Assembly: GCA_963845245.1 (NCBI GenBank)
Contig: CAWJRJ010000021.1
Span: 128,001 to 192,000, forward strand
Origin: Nitrospirota bacterium
Lineage (GTDB): Bacteria > Nitrospirota > JACRHJ01
Direction: 5' to 3'
DNA: 64,000 bases
Positions within the stretch are counted from its first letter, which is position 1. Every line of letters begins with the position of its first letter. The notes under the pieces were generated by a model, which saw only the letters and a program-made list of their open reading frames with translations, was not told the origin of the DNA and did no database searches. Positions 9,256 through 19,875 of this stretch are shown in pieces. The position numbers were made by a program, and so were the translations under genes.

Positions 9256-10302
9256 TAAGGGTTATGGCGTTTATAAATACCCCGCCCCTCTATAATTAGG
9301 GACACATCCCCATTTAACGGATGTGTCCCTCACCCCTAATCTTCTGCCCCATCAGAAACACCACCGGCAGGAATATAAACACCCCGACCCAGCCGATCGT
9401 ATACTCCCCGATATAAAACGTCATCGTCAGGTTGAAAATCAGGACAATCATGTAAAGCGCCGGACCCATCAGGTCCACCGACGGCATATACCTTTTCCAC
9501 TCCCCCTACGTAGGGGCCGTGCTCACCTTAGGCGAGAGGAGCTGCCGCAGTTACCCTCGCTGCGTAGCGCCTGGAGCGGTGTGTCTCAACCCTCTACTGC
9601 AGAGGGGCAGGGTGGGAGTCACTCTATCTATCACCCCCCACACCACCAGCGTCACAAACCCGACGATAAACCAGCCGATGAAGTTCGATATCGTCACCCC
9701 GAAATACGCGCCGCCGTCCGGATAATAATAAATCTTGCCGAGGAACCACCTGTCGCCCCTGAAGCTGAGCGGGTCTATCACCACGTCTATCAGCATGAAC
9801 AGCAGCGCCCCAAGGAATATCGTCCCAAACGAAAATCTATTCCCTCCTGTCACCACTGTTAGGGCCGTACCCACGTGTCGGGCTAGGCGTGTTCCTTAAT
9901 ACCCTCTCCACCGGGTGAGGGGGACTTGGGCAGGGTGGGGGTGCTTTCTATTAACCTGAACCCCAGCCCCTTCCCCTCCGCCGGACACATGAACACCCTC
10001 GCGGTGGCCCAGCTCGAATACGCCAGGAACGTGAACGAGAGCGAGTCCATGAACGGCACGCCGCATATCCACAGCTCGCAATTTACGGTGGAGGGGATGT
10101 AGTGGTACAGACCGAACGGGATGCCGTTCCGGATGGACGAGAACTCCGCGACGTACGCGATGGCCCACGCCGACAGGGTAAAAAGCAACGCCTTCCTCGC
10201 ACCCACCTTGAGCGTCGCCGCAACCAGGTATATCCCCAGAAATGCGAACACGTATGGCCGGAATACGACGGTGGCGAATAGCAGCCGGATGTTCTCTGTC
10301 AT
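9256..10302 (-). CDS. DUF422/CruF-like 'carotenoid biosynthesis' membrane protein, interrupted by palindromic repeat insertions and indels; 3' end approximate
   Basis: RPYVFAFL, AEFSSIRNGIPFGLYHY, GVPFMDSLSF, DVVIDPL...WFLG, FGVTISNFIGWF, then DLMGPALY in a further frame. Confidence 0.7.
9298..9330. repeat. GGGACAC-type palindrome
   Basis: AGGGACACATCC-9 nt-GGATGTGTCCCT perfect 12-bp inverted repeat. Confidence 0.7.
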
Positions 10303-10308
10303 AGGCGC

Positions 10309-11289
10309 TACATCCCATGCCTTGAACCATTTGACGGCACGAGCAAGCGCACCCTCAACCGGACTCTGCGGCAGGCCAAGCTCACGGACGGCCTTTGACG
10401 GGTCGAAGAACATTATCTTCTTCGCCATCCGCACCGCGTCGATCGGCGCAAGCGGCGGCTTGTGCGTTATGTGGTCTGCCACCAGCGTGCTCACCACCGC
10501 TATCGGGTAGACGAACGAGTAGGGGAGCCGCACCTTCGGCGCGGGCCTGCCGGTGAGCGTGCTCAACACCTCGAATATCTCCTTCAGCATCATGTTGCGG
10601 TTGCCCAGGATGTACTTCTCCCCGACGCGTCCCTTCTCCATCGCGAGTATATGCCCCTCGGCGCAGTCTTCCACGTCTATGAGGTTAAGGCCCGTGTCGA
10701 GGTACGCCACCATCTTGCCGCGCAGGAAGTCGAGGACTATCTGGCCGGTTGGCGTGGGCTTCACGTCGTTCGCGCCGATGGGCGTACTCGGGTTCACAAC
10801 GACTACCGGCAGACCCTTCGCCGCGAACTCGAGCGCCACCTGCTCCGCGAGGAACTTCGACTTCTTGTAGTCGCCCACCATGTCGGCAAAGGTTACGGGC
10901 GTGGTCTCCGTGCCGGGCGTGCCGTCGCCGGGGTTCCCCAGCGCGCCCACCGTGCTGGTGTATACGACCCGCTCCACCCCCGCCTCGATCGCGGCGGACA
11001 TGATGTTGCGTGTGCCTTCCACGTTCACGGCGTACATGAGGTCACTGTCCCGCACCCACAAGGAATACTCCGCCGCCGCGTGGTAGACCCGCTTGCAGCC
11101 GTTCATCGCCCGCAGCAGCGAGTCCCTGTCCGTCAGGTCGCCGTAGGCCACCGTGGCCTTCATCCCCTGTATGTTGCGGGAGTCGCTTCCCTTGCGGGCC
11201 AGCACCACCACCTCGTCGCCCCGCGCTATCAGTTTCCTCGCAAGGGCCGAGCCCAGGAACCCCGTCGCGCCTGTTACAAATGTTTTCAT
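10309..11289 (-). CDS. hpnA: Hopanoid-associated NAD-dependent sugar epimerase/dehydratase
   Basis: GATGFLG, YHAAAEY, YKKSK, VNPSTPIG...DVKPTPTG, DTGLN; hpnI/hpnJ context. Confidence 0.85.
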
Positions 11290-11387
11290 GCGGCTAGATT
11301 ATAAAATAAAGGGGCTTATGTCAACCAAATACCCGGAAAACCAGCCATAATTCCCCTTCCCCTCGACCTCAGTGGTACACACCTTTT

Positions 11388-11423
11388 CCCCTCCCCACCT
11401 GCGGGGGAGGGCAGGGTGGGGGG
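11388..11423 (+). repeat. CCCTC-hairpin/GGGTG-tail repeat (family A)
   Basis: CCCCTCCCCACCTGCGGGGGAGGGCAGGGTGGGGGG; related copies at 9590, 9902, 14691, 17064, 19052, 45822, 45874 and 49775. Confidence 0.85.
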
Positions 11424-11441
11424 AACCCGGGCATCTATCCC

Positions 11442-11470
11442 TTGACAGCGTTTTGGGTTTCCTATATTAT
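11442..11470 (+). promoter_or_regulatory. Sigma70-type promoter
   Basis: TTGACA-17 bp-TATTAT upstream of the SMR/EamA gene. Confidence 0.65.
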
Positions 11471-11499
11471 CGGATATCAATTTAAGGGAGGTAGTTCAG

Positions 11500-11879
11500 G
11501 TGTTAAAGACTATAATCGTACTGTTTACAGGCGTATGCATGGAGTCGCTCGGGAACGTGCTGCTTCGGAAGGGCATGAAGGAGGTCGGCGAGGTCACCAG
11601 CTTCTCCATCCCGGCCCTATTCGGCGTATTCATAAAGGTATAACCAACCTGACCGTCATATCCGGCGTCGCGCTGGACGCGATGTTCTTCGCGTGCTTCC
11701 TGATCGCGCTCTCATGGACGGAGGTCAGCGTCGTACTACCGCTGACCGCCATCGGCTATGTCACGACCGCCATCTTCGCGAAGATCATCATCCACGAGGA
11801 GATATCCGCCCTACGCTGGGCCGGCACTGCCGCCATCGTGATCGGCGCCATCATGGTCGGCAAGAGCGGCGGAAGCTGA
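11500..11879 (+). CDS. SMR/EamA (ArnE/F-like) small membrane transporter (indel near 11637)
   Basis: GGAGG SD plus GTG; LGNVLLRKGMKEVG...ALSWTEVSVVLPLTAIGY...HEEISALRWAG. Confidence 0.75.
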
Positions 11880-12489
11880 TCAGTAAAAGTTGATACCCAC
11901 AAGCAGGAACCCCTCGTTCATCCCCGGGTTCGGCTCCTCTATCCCGGCGTTTGAGATGTGCGTGTACCGGGCCTGCACGTCCAGGGCCATATCCGGCCTG
12001 AAGAAGTACTCGGCGCCCACGGCCGCATTCTGGGTGAAGCTGAACCTCGTACCCTGGATGTGATTGGGAACATCTATATAGGCCATACCCAGCATACCCT
12101 GCCCATACGGCACAATCTTTCCGGCGGAGGTGAAGTTGTACCGCAGGCCCACCGGAGTGAGGCCCACGAACGCCATGGTCGTCGAAGTTGGTTATCACCC
12201 CGCCCTTGAGTTCAACGTTGTACTCCAGCACGCCCCTGTACCATGAGCTCCCGATGGGCCTCATCAACGGAAACGAAACATGGGCCGCGCCCTGCGCGAT
12301 GTCGATGTTATCGTCGCTGCCCCACATCCGGACGCCGTAGCCCGCATCGACACCGTACGAGAAGCTGGTATTGGCTATCTTGTCTTCGATTGAATTACTT
12401 GTGGGTTGAGTTGCGGCTGGCTCATCCGCGAAGGCTGCCTGGGATGTGAACAGCAGGGTAACGAGTGCGAAGCAGAGTAGTGGTTTCAC
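11880..12489 (-). CDS. PagL-like / acyloxyacyl hydrolase family outer-membrane beta-barrel (indel near 12177)
   Basis: Signal peptide; GTRFSFT...RYTHISNAGIEEPNPGMN (H-x-S-N-A motif); aromatic C-terminus. Confidence 0.75.
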
Positions 12490-12539
12490 GGCTGGCCTCC
12501 TGAGGTGGTTGAAAAGTATAATCGCCTGTTACCTTGTAC

Positions 12540-13680
12540 TTACCTGGTCATCCGTCCTTCCCGGTCTATCCTGAAACTCGTGCCCTTCCATTTAACGGTG
12601 CTGCCCGTAAAGCTCATTGCCCATATAACGAAACTCAGAATGTCCTTCACACGGCAGGAGCCAAAGGTACCTGAAAACCCCCGGTCCCTTCACGAACGCG
12701 GCCTCGATGTAAGCCGCCTGAATGTATCTTATCGCGATGCCCAACCCGCAGACCGCCCAGCCGAGCCTGTCGAACTCGGACGCCAGCAGGAACATCACCG
12801 AGAACGCTGTCCCCTTCGTCAGGACGGACAGGAAGTACCCCTTCGACCTGCATGCCCTGTATGTGCGGCCCCATCGCAACTGGTGCGAGAAGTAGCCCCG
12901 TAAGCTCTCACTGCCCTGGATGCTGTCCACCACATACTGCGAGAGCAGCAGCTTGTAACCGGCCTTCTGTATCTTGTTTCCAAACTGGTAGTCGTCAGCA
13001 AGGTAGTCGGCAAGCGCTTTAAAGCCGCCTATCGCGTCCAGAGCCTCGCGTCTTGCCGCCATCGTGGCCCCCAGTGCGAAGCTCAGTCCTTCAAGCCTCT
13101 GTGCAACCGCTACAGACGGCAGGAAGTCCGTGTCGATCGTAAGGGCCTCAAACGCGCTTCCTGCATCCATCGGATACGCGCCCCGGTATGGGCATGTCAC
13201 CATCCCGACTGTGGGGTCTGAGAATCCGTCCGCCACCGCTCTCAGGTAGCCGGGCCCCACGCGCATGTCTCCGTCGGCAATTACTATTATATCATACTTG
13301 GACATTTCGTGCATGTTGGCCAGGTTGCTGACCTTCTGGTTCACGCCTATCTCGTGGCCGTTTATCACAAGGTCGGTCTCGACCTCCGGAAATTCAGACA
13401 TCAGCCGCCGCACAGTCTCAATTACCGGGTCGTTTTCGTCTGCGACTCCGAATATCACCTGGAAGCGCGGGTAGTCCTGTACGAGGAAGCTCTTTAAGTT
13501 GTCGTATGTGTTCTCGTCCTTGCCTTTGAGTGGCTTGAGGACTGTCAGCGGAGGGGTGTGATTACTGGGCTTGGTCTTTCTTCTGTAGAACGAGGCGAGG
13601 CAGTAAGTGGAGATCGCGTAGAAGGCAAGTGAAGCGAGCCAGAGCAGAAAAAGGAAAACCTTTAGTATGGTAAGGGTCAT
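12540..13680 (-). CDS. hpnI: Bacteriohopanetetrol glucosamine glycosyltransferase (GT2, ceramide glucosyltransferase-like; indel near 12652)
   Basis: LKPLKG, QDYP, NQKVSNL, LADYLADDY, HQLRWGRT; C-terminus SFTGSTVKWKG in shifted frame. Confidence 0.88.
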
Positions 13681-13688
13681 GGGAGGCT

Positions 13689-14444
13689 TTATCTGAGGCT
13701 GTTTTGGAGCTTCCGGGCCTCTTCCTTTGTGCTGAGGTCGTCTTTGGTTTTGGCGGGCGATGCGGTAATGTATTCAAGTTCCGCTGCCGCCTCGCCACGC
13801 ATCCCGTTCGCCTTGTATGCCTGGGCGAGGTAGAGCCGGTTGACTAAAAGGTTAGGTGCGATCTTCTTGGCCTTCAGAAGTAGCTCCAGGCCTTTTTTCT
13901 TGTCGCCTATGAAGGCCCAGCCCGGCGCCTCGATGAGCACCTTTCCCCAGCTTCGGTATGCCCCGGCGGAATCATATGCTGGGTCTTTCCTGCTCACCGC
14001 TTCGAGGCCCTTCAGCGCATCCTTAACGAACCCGAGTGCGGCAAAGCCGCCGGTCAGGTCCGCCTTCTGGAGCAGAGACATCGCCCGCCAGTATGTGGCG
14101 ATATAATCGCCCGGAGCGGTCTTCAGCGCGCGGTCCGCATAGTTCACCGAACGGTCGAACAGCGCGGCCCTTTTTTTCTTGTCCTTCGCCGCTTCGCCCA
14201 ACAGGTAGTAAGCGCGGGCAAGCTGTACAAGTGCGTCGGCGGGCGGGTTTTGCTGGCCGCCCACGTATGCCTCAAGTTTTATCGCCTGCTCGGCGACCTG
14301 GGACGCGCTTTCCGTGCGGTCCATAGCGGATGTGGCGTCCTTGACCGAAAACGCGGCAAGCGCATTCCCGTGCCCAAACGCAAACAGGGCAGAAAGGAAG
14401 AACGCCGTAGCCGCCGTTCTCAGGTTGAACGATCCTACTTGCAC
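13689..14444 (-). CDS. Secreted TPR protein (TRAP TatT-like/helical)
   Basis: GTG start overlapping the upstream stop, signal peptide, TPR helices, DPAYDSAGAYRSWGKVLIEAPGW. Confidence 0.7.
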   Translation of the reverse strand: MQVGSFNLRTAATAFFLSALFAFGHGNALAAFSVKDATSAMDRTESASQVAEQAIKLEAYVGGQQNPPADALVQLARAYYLLGEAAKDKKKRAALFDRSVNYADRALKTAPGDYIATYWRAMSLLQKADLTGGFAALGFVKDALKGLEAVSRKDPAYDSAGAYRSWGKVLIEAPGWAFIGDKKKGLELLLKAKKIAPNLLVNRLYLAQAYKANGMRGEAAAELEYITASPAKTKDDLSTKEEARKLQNSLR

Positions 14445-14659
14445 AGCCGGGGCTTCGCGCCGAGTTTTGACAGAACTATCGCCATCATGCAGAAACCGGT
14501 AAGCGAGAATATGATAAGGTTGACGCCCACGAATGCTGTGAGTATCAGCCAGTAAGGGCTGACGAATGCGGCGAGGATCGCACTTAGAAGCGTCATAGAC
14601 CCGCCCATCAGATAGGTTATCCTCTCCAGATACCATTTGTCCGTCTTCAACATGTACAT
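14435..14659 (-). CDS. DUF2892 (YgaP-like) small membrane protein
   Basis: GGAGG SD; LERITYLMGG...WLILTAFVGVNL...TGFCMMA. Confidence 0.8.
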   Translation of the reverse strand: MYMLKTDKWYLERITYLMGGSMTLLSAILAAFVSPYWLILTAFVGVNLIIFSLTGFCMMAIVLSKLGAKPRLCK

Positions 14660-14690
14660 CTTGTACCTCCTATTTGCCATTGAACTCTTT

Positions 14691-14728
14691 CCCTCCCCAC
14701 CTGCCGGGGAGGGCAGGGTGGGGGGGGG
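14691..14728 (+). repeat. Family A repeat
   Basis: CCCTCCCCACCTGCCGGGGAGGGCAGGGTG(n), near-identical to the 11388 copy. Confidence 0.85.
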
Positions 14729-16158
14729 TCAGCCCTGAGCCTTCAGGGCTTCCTTCCTCTTTGCCATGAACGCGAAGTATTCCTTCGCCTCACGGATGAT
14801 GCGCTTTCGCTCCGCTGAGTCCAGAAGCGCCTTTTTAAAAACCTTTGCAATATATTTCGGCCTGTAATAGAAGCTCTTGTAGAACTTGTCGTACGCCATG
14901 AATATGTCTTTGCTTGATAAGTGCGGGTAGTTCACGATGCAAAGCTGGTGGCCGGATGTCATGACGAGGTCCGCGGGGTTGATGTACCCCTCCCGTACGC
15001 ACAGCTCATAGAAATGCGTGCCGGGATATGGCGACGCGAGCGAGACCTGTATCGTCTCCGGGTCCATCTCGCATGCGAACTTTATCGACTTTTCGATCGT
15101 CTCCTTCGTCTCTCCGGGGAGGCCCAGGATAAACCCGCCGTGCACTATAATGTCCAGTTTCCGGGCGTTTTTCATGAACTCCCTGCTCTGCTCCAGGGTT
15201 ATGCCCTTCCTTACATTATTCAGAACCTTCTGGTCGCCGGACTCGAAACCTACCATTATGGCCCGCAGGCCCGACTCCTTCATCGCCTTAAGCGTCTCAT
15301 ACTTCGCAGTCACCTTGCCGTTGCAGGCCCAGCTTATTCCCAGGGGCTTCAGCTTGTTGCTTATCTCGATGGCCCTTGGCTGGTCGTCCACGAAGTTGTC
15401 GTCGTCGAACATTATCTCCTTAACCTCGGGGAAGTTCTTGACGATATACTTGACCTCTTCCACCACATTGTCCGCGCTTCTTGTGCGGTACTTGTTCCCG
15501 GCATAGGTCTGGGGCCACAGGCAGAAGGTGCATTTGCTCGAACATCCCCGCCCGGTATATATGGACATGTATGGGTATTTGAGCCAGGGTATCTCGTAGT
15601 CTTTAAAGTTCAAGTCGCGCTTGTAAACTTCGGCCGCGAAAGGCAGGCTGTCGAGGTCGTGCAGGATCGGCCTGTCCGGTGTGTGGACAACCTTGTCGCC
15701 GTCCCTGTAGCTGATCCCGGCGATGTCCTTGAATGGCTTGCCGCCCGCCGCCTCGACGATGGCATAGTCGAACTCGCCCCTTACCACGAAGTCGATGGCT
15801 TTTGATACCGCAAGCGTCTCATCGGGCAGGATGCTCGGGTGCGGCCCGACGAAACATACGAGCGCCTTGGGGTTCTGTGCCTTCAACCGCTCGGCGAACG
15901 CGGAATCGCTTTTGAGCGATGGCGTGCTGGTATAGAGCACGAACAGCTCATAGCCGCGCGCAAGCTCAAGCGTCTTCTCGGCATCGAACCCGGCTGCAAC
16001 CGCGTCCACCACCTTTGAGTCGTGGAGCATCCCGGCCGGGTAGGTCAGCCAGACCGGGAACCATAGAGATCGCACCTCGCGGGTCGCCTGGTATCTTGCG
16101 CCCGCGCCTCCGTCGAAGTCGCTGAAGGACGGCGGGTTCAGGAACAATTGTACTTCAT
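14729..16158 (-). CDS. hpnJ: Hopanoid biosynthesis-associated B12-binding radical SAM protein
   Basis: FLNPPSFSDFDGGAGARYQATRE, YTGRGCSSKCTFCLWPQT (CxxxCxxC), IQVSLASPYPGT. Confidence 0.93.
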
Positions 16159-17048
16159 TTCCTCCTTAGTGCCATCGCCGTGAATGTAGCCCTACTTTTT
16201 AAGATAGTATCTCCGATTTCCTCGATCTTTCGTATGACGCCGTCTATCAGCACGTCCGGGGTGGACGCGCCGGCGGTGACGCCCACGGTCTCCACCCCTT
16301 TAAACCATTCCGGGTCAAGCTCGGCGGCGTTGTCCACCAGATACGCCTTCGGCGCGACGGTGGATGCGACCTCCTGAAGCCTTTTCGAGTTCGCGCTGTT
16401 GTGCGAGCCCACGGTAATCAGAAGGTCCACACGCCTGCCCAGCTCAAGCACCGAGGACTGCCTTTTTTCGGTGGCGTCGCATATGGTGTTGTATACCTCG
16501 ACCTGCGGGTATTTCCTTTTTATCTTTGTAACGATGTTCTCAAAGAATTTGATGTTCTGCGTTGTCTGGGAAACCAGGGCGACCGGCCCCGACCCATCGG
16601 GCAGACCATCTATCTCTTCCTCGTACCGGAAGACGACGGTGCTCTCAGGCGCGACGCCCTTGAGGCCCTTTACCTCCGCATGGTCCTTGTCGCCCAAGAG
16701 GAGTATTGTGTAGCCTCCCTGGGCGAGCCTTTTGACTATCCTGTCGATCTTTGACACCAGCGGGCAGGTGGTGTCAACGACGGTGAGGCCCTTAGCCTTT
16801 GCCTTCTCGATAACGTCCGGGGAAGCCCCGTGCGCGCTTATTATAAGCGTGCCCTCTTCGACCTCGTCCACGCGGTCGACGGACTTCACGCCCTTGTCCT
16901 CGAGGTCCTTGACCACGCTCTTGTTGTGCACTATCTCATGCAGGACGAATACCGGGGTCCGGGCCTCGGCCGCCGTCTTGTGCGCCAGGTCGATCGCCCG
17001 TTGCACTCCCATGCAGAAGCCCGCGTACTCGGCTAAATATACTTTCAT
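16155..17048 (-). CDS. ispH: 4-hydroxy-3-methylbut-2-enyl diphosphate reductase
   Basis: AGFCMGV, IVHN, SAHG, DTTCPLV, SQTT, TICDAT..RQ, SANSKRL, VTAGASTP. Confidence 0.95.
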   Translation of the reverse strand: MKVYLAEYAGFCMGVQRAIDLAHKTAAEARTPVFVLHEIVHNKSVVKDLEDKGVKSVDRVDEVEEGTLIISAHGASPDVIEKAKAKGLTVVDTTCPLVSKIDRIVKRLAQGGYTILLLGDKDHAEVKGLKGVAPESTVVFRYEEEIDGLPDGSGPVALVSQTTQNIKFFENIVTKIKRKYPQVEVYNTICDATEKRQSSVLELGRRVDLLITVGSHNSANSKRLQEVASTVAPKAYLVDNAAELDPEWFKGVETVGVTAGASTPDVLIDGVIRKIEEIGDTILKSRATFTAMALRRK

Positions 17049-17063
17049 GTTAACTTCCTATAA

Positions 17064-17110
17064 CCCTCTCCACCTGCGGGGGAGGGTGGCGCAAAACGCC
17101 GGGTGGGGGG
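17064..17110 (+). repeat. Family A repeat (variant tail GGTGGCGCAAAACGCCGGGTG)
   Basis: Shares hairpin and tail with 19052-19098. Confidence 0.8.
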
Positions 17111-17114
17111 TATT

Positions 17115-18308
17115 TTAAAACGGGAAATCTATCCCGACAAAAGCGTTCAGGCCTTCCCTGCCGTATCCCAGGTCCACCCGTCCCACGATGTTCGGCTGTA
17201 CGATAGCCCTGAACCCGACGCCGGGGTTGAACTGGTAATCCTCTATGAAGTCCTTCCGAAACGAGCTGTAAACCCTTCCCGCGTCCACGAAGGGTGCCGC
17301 TTCCCACTCGCTCCATACCCCGAATATATGGATCCTGAACAGCTTTATGCGTTCCTCGACGTTGAGGAGTATGTATCCGTCGTCCCTGTAGCGATAGTTG
17401 CCCAGGCCACGGAGGGTGTTCTCGCCGCCGAGGGTGCTCTCCTCGTAGAACGGCACCTTGTGCCCGGCCACAAGCTGGAACTCCCCTTTCAGCACCGTGA
17501 TGAACCGCTTGTCGGATAATGATATGAATGTCCTCGCGTCGAGCCCGGTCCTCGTAAAGGTCCTGCCATGCGAGAAACTCTGGCCTATCTCCTCGAAGAC
17601 ATTTGCGAACACACCCTTGGTCGGGAAGACCTCGTCGTCTCTGGTGTCGTAGGTCAGCTTAACGCGGCGTTCGATCACCGCGCCTCCGTTGATGCCCTCA
17701 AGGCTGGGGTACTCGCTCTGAATGAAGGGCAGGGAGGTCGCCGAGCCCCGCCTGATAGTAACCCACCGGAGCTTCTCACCGTAGGAGAGGATCAAGTTAT
17801 GCGGGAGGTAGTATCCCAGCGAGAACTGCGGTGACAGCTCCAGGTTGGAGTAGTTGGTCTCGTCTATCTCCCGGCTGTGCTGGGTCAGTCCGAAGAAACG
17901 GTACGTCGTGTCCCTGAAGAATGTAAGCCTGCCGTATAGCCTGAACTTGCCGTCCGCAAACTTGTTGTCCCAGTATTCGCCCGTATATTCCTGGTCCGTC
18001 CCCATCGAGCGGTTCACGAATATCCTGTAATTTTTGTCGACCGTAGGGAATCCGAGGTAGCGGAAGGTCAGGTTCGTACCGGTATTGTCGTTGACGACGA
18101 CCGAGGGGGCTATTATGGCGTATACGTACTCGTTCTGCTCCTTCAGGAGCAAGACCGGCATGAAACCGTAGTCGTTTCCGCCGTTTCGGGACGTCGCATA
18201 CACCGGAAGAGGTATAAGGGAGTAATCCGCCCGTGCTACTACCGGACAGGCTATGATAATAAAAATGGCCAGGCAAAGCAGCCTGACGCGATATGACGGC
18301 TTAGACAA
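17115..18308 (-). CDS. BamA/TamA (Omp85) family beta-barrel without POTRA domains
   Basis: Signal peptide; YDTRD...PTKG, LGGENTLRGLGNYRYRD, FVDAGRV, GVGFR, C-terminal Phe; only 397 aa. Confidence 0.8.
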   Translation of the reverse strand: MSKPSYRVRLLCLAIFIIIACPVVARADYSLIPLPVYATSRNGGNDYGFMPVLLLKEQNEYVYAIIAPSVVVNDNTGTNLTFRYLGFPTVDKNYRIFVNRSMGTDQEYTGEYWDNKFADGKFRLYGRLTFFRDTTYRFFGLTQHSREIDETNYSNLELSPQFSLGYYLPHNLILSYGEKLRWVTIRRGSATSLPFIQSEYPSLEGINGGAVIERRVKLTYDTRDDEVFPTKGVFANVFEEIGQSFSHGRTFTRTGLDARTFISLSDKRFITVLKGEFQLVAGHKVPFYEESTLGGENTLRGLGNYRYRDDGYILLNVEERIKLFRIHIFGVWSEWEAAPFVDAGRVYSSFRKDFIEDYQFNPGVGFRAIVQPNIVGRVDLGYGREGLNAFVGIDFPF

Positions 18309-18334
18309 AAGTTTTGGGCCTTTCCTTTGAAAAT

Positions 18335-18371
18335 AAAAAAGATGAGGGTCGATTTTAGCACACCCTCATCC
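18335..18371 (-). terminator. Intrinsic terminator after tpx
   Basis: GATGAGGGT...ACCCTCATC stem followed by a T run on the minus strand. Confidence 0.6.
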
Positions 18372-18394
18372 GGAAAGGCAACAAAACTTTGAGT

Positions 18395-18934
18395 TTATGC
18401 GGCCGCCCTGTCCAGCTCGGCAACCAGGTCCCACACCACCCTGAGCGCCGCCTCGAAGTTCGGAAGTTCGCCGTTTTCCCTCACATATTCCACATAACGC
18501 ACCGTGTCGTCCCGGTCTATGACGAACACCGCGCGGCTCAGCAGCCGGTTCTCCTTTATCAGCACGCCGTAATTCTGCCCGAAGGAGGCGTCCCTGTGGT
18601 CGGAATACAGCTTCATGGCCCGGATGTCCTCGTCCTCCATGAACCGTTTCTGTGCAAACGGCAGGTCCATGCTCACGGTGATCCAGGCCACCCGGTCGTC
18701 GTTCATCCTCTCCGCCTCGTCGTTGAAGCGTATGGTCATCTTGTTGCATACGTATGTATCGAGCGACGGGACGGATGCGATAAGCCTTATCCTGCGCTTC
18801 GTGTCGGCAATGCTCACCGGTTTCATCTGCATGTCGATGCAGTTGAAGTCCGGGGCTTTGTCGCCCACCTTTATCTCCGGCCCGATCAAGGTTATAGGGG
18901 TGCCCTTCATGGTTACAACGCCAGTCCTCTCCAT
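18395..18934 (-). CDS. tpx: Thiol peroxidase (Tpx-type peroxiredoxin)
   Basis: VTMKGTPITL, KVGDKAPDF, SVPSLDTYVC, SMDLPFAQKRF, LLSRAVFV. Confidence 0.9.
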   Translation of the reverse strand: MERTGVVTMKGTPITLIGPEIKVGDKAPDFNCIDMQMKPVSIADTKRRIRLIASVPSLDTYVCNKMTIRFNDEAERMNDDRVAWITVSMDLPFAQKRFMEDEDIRAMKLYSDHRDASFGQNYGVLIKENRLLSRAVFVIDRDDTVRYVEYVRENGELPNFEAALRVVWDLVAELDRAAA

Positions 18935-19051
18935 TTTTGCCCTCCTTAAGCCATACAGGTTGAATCTTGACAATTATGCATACCTAAAATCTAACAAGGA
19001 ATAGGCGATGAGTCAAGGCGGCTACATGGCAGGGATTCTACACTGTAGGGG

Positions 19052-19098
19052 CCCTCGCTCACTTGTGGGAGAGGGTGGCGCAAAGTGCCGGGTGAGGG
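19052..19098 (+). repeat. Family A repeat fused to a GTAGGGGCC (family B) stub
   Basis: GTAGGGGCCCTCGCTCACTTGTGGGAGAGGGTGGCGCAAAGTGCCGGGTGAGGG. Confidence 0.75.
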
Positions 19099-19113
19099 CT
19101 TGGGAGAGGGTGG

Positions 19114-19875
19114 CTATCGAATGTCTATTGGTATGTCTTGGGGCATGTCTGGTGGAAATCCGTAGAACTCGCGCATCTCGGGGGAATAAGTCCGCTCGGA
19201 GGCGTAAACCGTTAGCGGGGCAAGGACTTTCAGGCCCTGGGAGCCGTTCTTTACGGCCTCTATCAGAGCCATACGCGCCCTGTCCCCGGTATATGAGTGT
19301 ATCGTCCTTAAGCGTTTGGGGTAGAGGCCGTGGTTGTTCATCTGTATGAAAAGCTCCGGCAGCCGTTCCGGGTGGTACACGAGGCAGAGCCTACCCTTGT
19401 TCTTCAGCATCATTGACGCCGCCTTCAGTATGTCCCGCATCCCGGCCGTCAGCTCGTGCCGTGCAGCCGCGCGCTCGTCGCCGGGGCTTATCTTGCCCGT
19501 GCCGGGCTTCCGAAACGGCGGGTTCGACACCACAAGCTCGAAGGATTCCTGCTCGAACATCTTTCCGGCGTTTTTCAGGTCTTCATGCAGGAATGTCACC
19601 CTGTCCGCCAGCCCGTTCAGCTCCGCGTTCCGCACGGCGCGGCCATACAGGGAGTCCTGTATCTCGATGCCCGTCACCTTCGCGTGCGGGTAGCGTTTGG
19701 CAAGCAGCAGCGACACGATACCGCTCCCCGCGCCGAGTTCAAGTATGCGGGTGCATTTCTTCAATTCCGGGAAATCGGCCAATAGGAGGGCGTCGAGCGA
19801 GAAGCGGTAGCCGGACTTGCTCTGGTATACCTGGACCTCAAGGTCGCGGATTTTTATGGAGTCGAGGGTTTCCAA
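19114..19875 (-). CDS. tRNA1(Val) A37 N6-methyltransferase family (TrmN6/YfiC-like)
   Basis: GYRFSLDALLLADF, ELGAGSG, SNPPF, AARHE. Confidence 0.85.
   Translation of the reverse strand: METLDSIKIRDLEVQVYQSKSGYRFSLDALLLADFPELKKCTRILELGAGSGIVSLLLAKRYPHAKVTGIEIQDSLYGRAVRNAELNGLADRVTFLHEDLKNAGKMFEQESFELVVSNPPFRKPGTGKISPGDERAAARHELTAGMRDILKAASMMLKNKGRLCLVYHPERLPELFIQMNNHGLYPKRLRTIHSYTGDRARMALIEAVKNGSQGLKVLAPLTVYASERTYSPEMREFYGFPPDMPQDIPIDIR

Noticed and set aside
9883..11289. Apparent HpnA-DUF422 fusion (468 aa ORF)
   Set aside because: A TAG sits out of frame right where HpnA normally ends and an ATG follows at 10302; with the high indel rate a lost stop is more likely than a real fusion
14445..14636. 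N-terminal extension of the 315-aa TPR ORF
   Set aside because: Overlaps the DUF2892 gene in another frame; the signal peptide begins at GTG 14444
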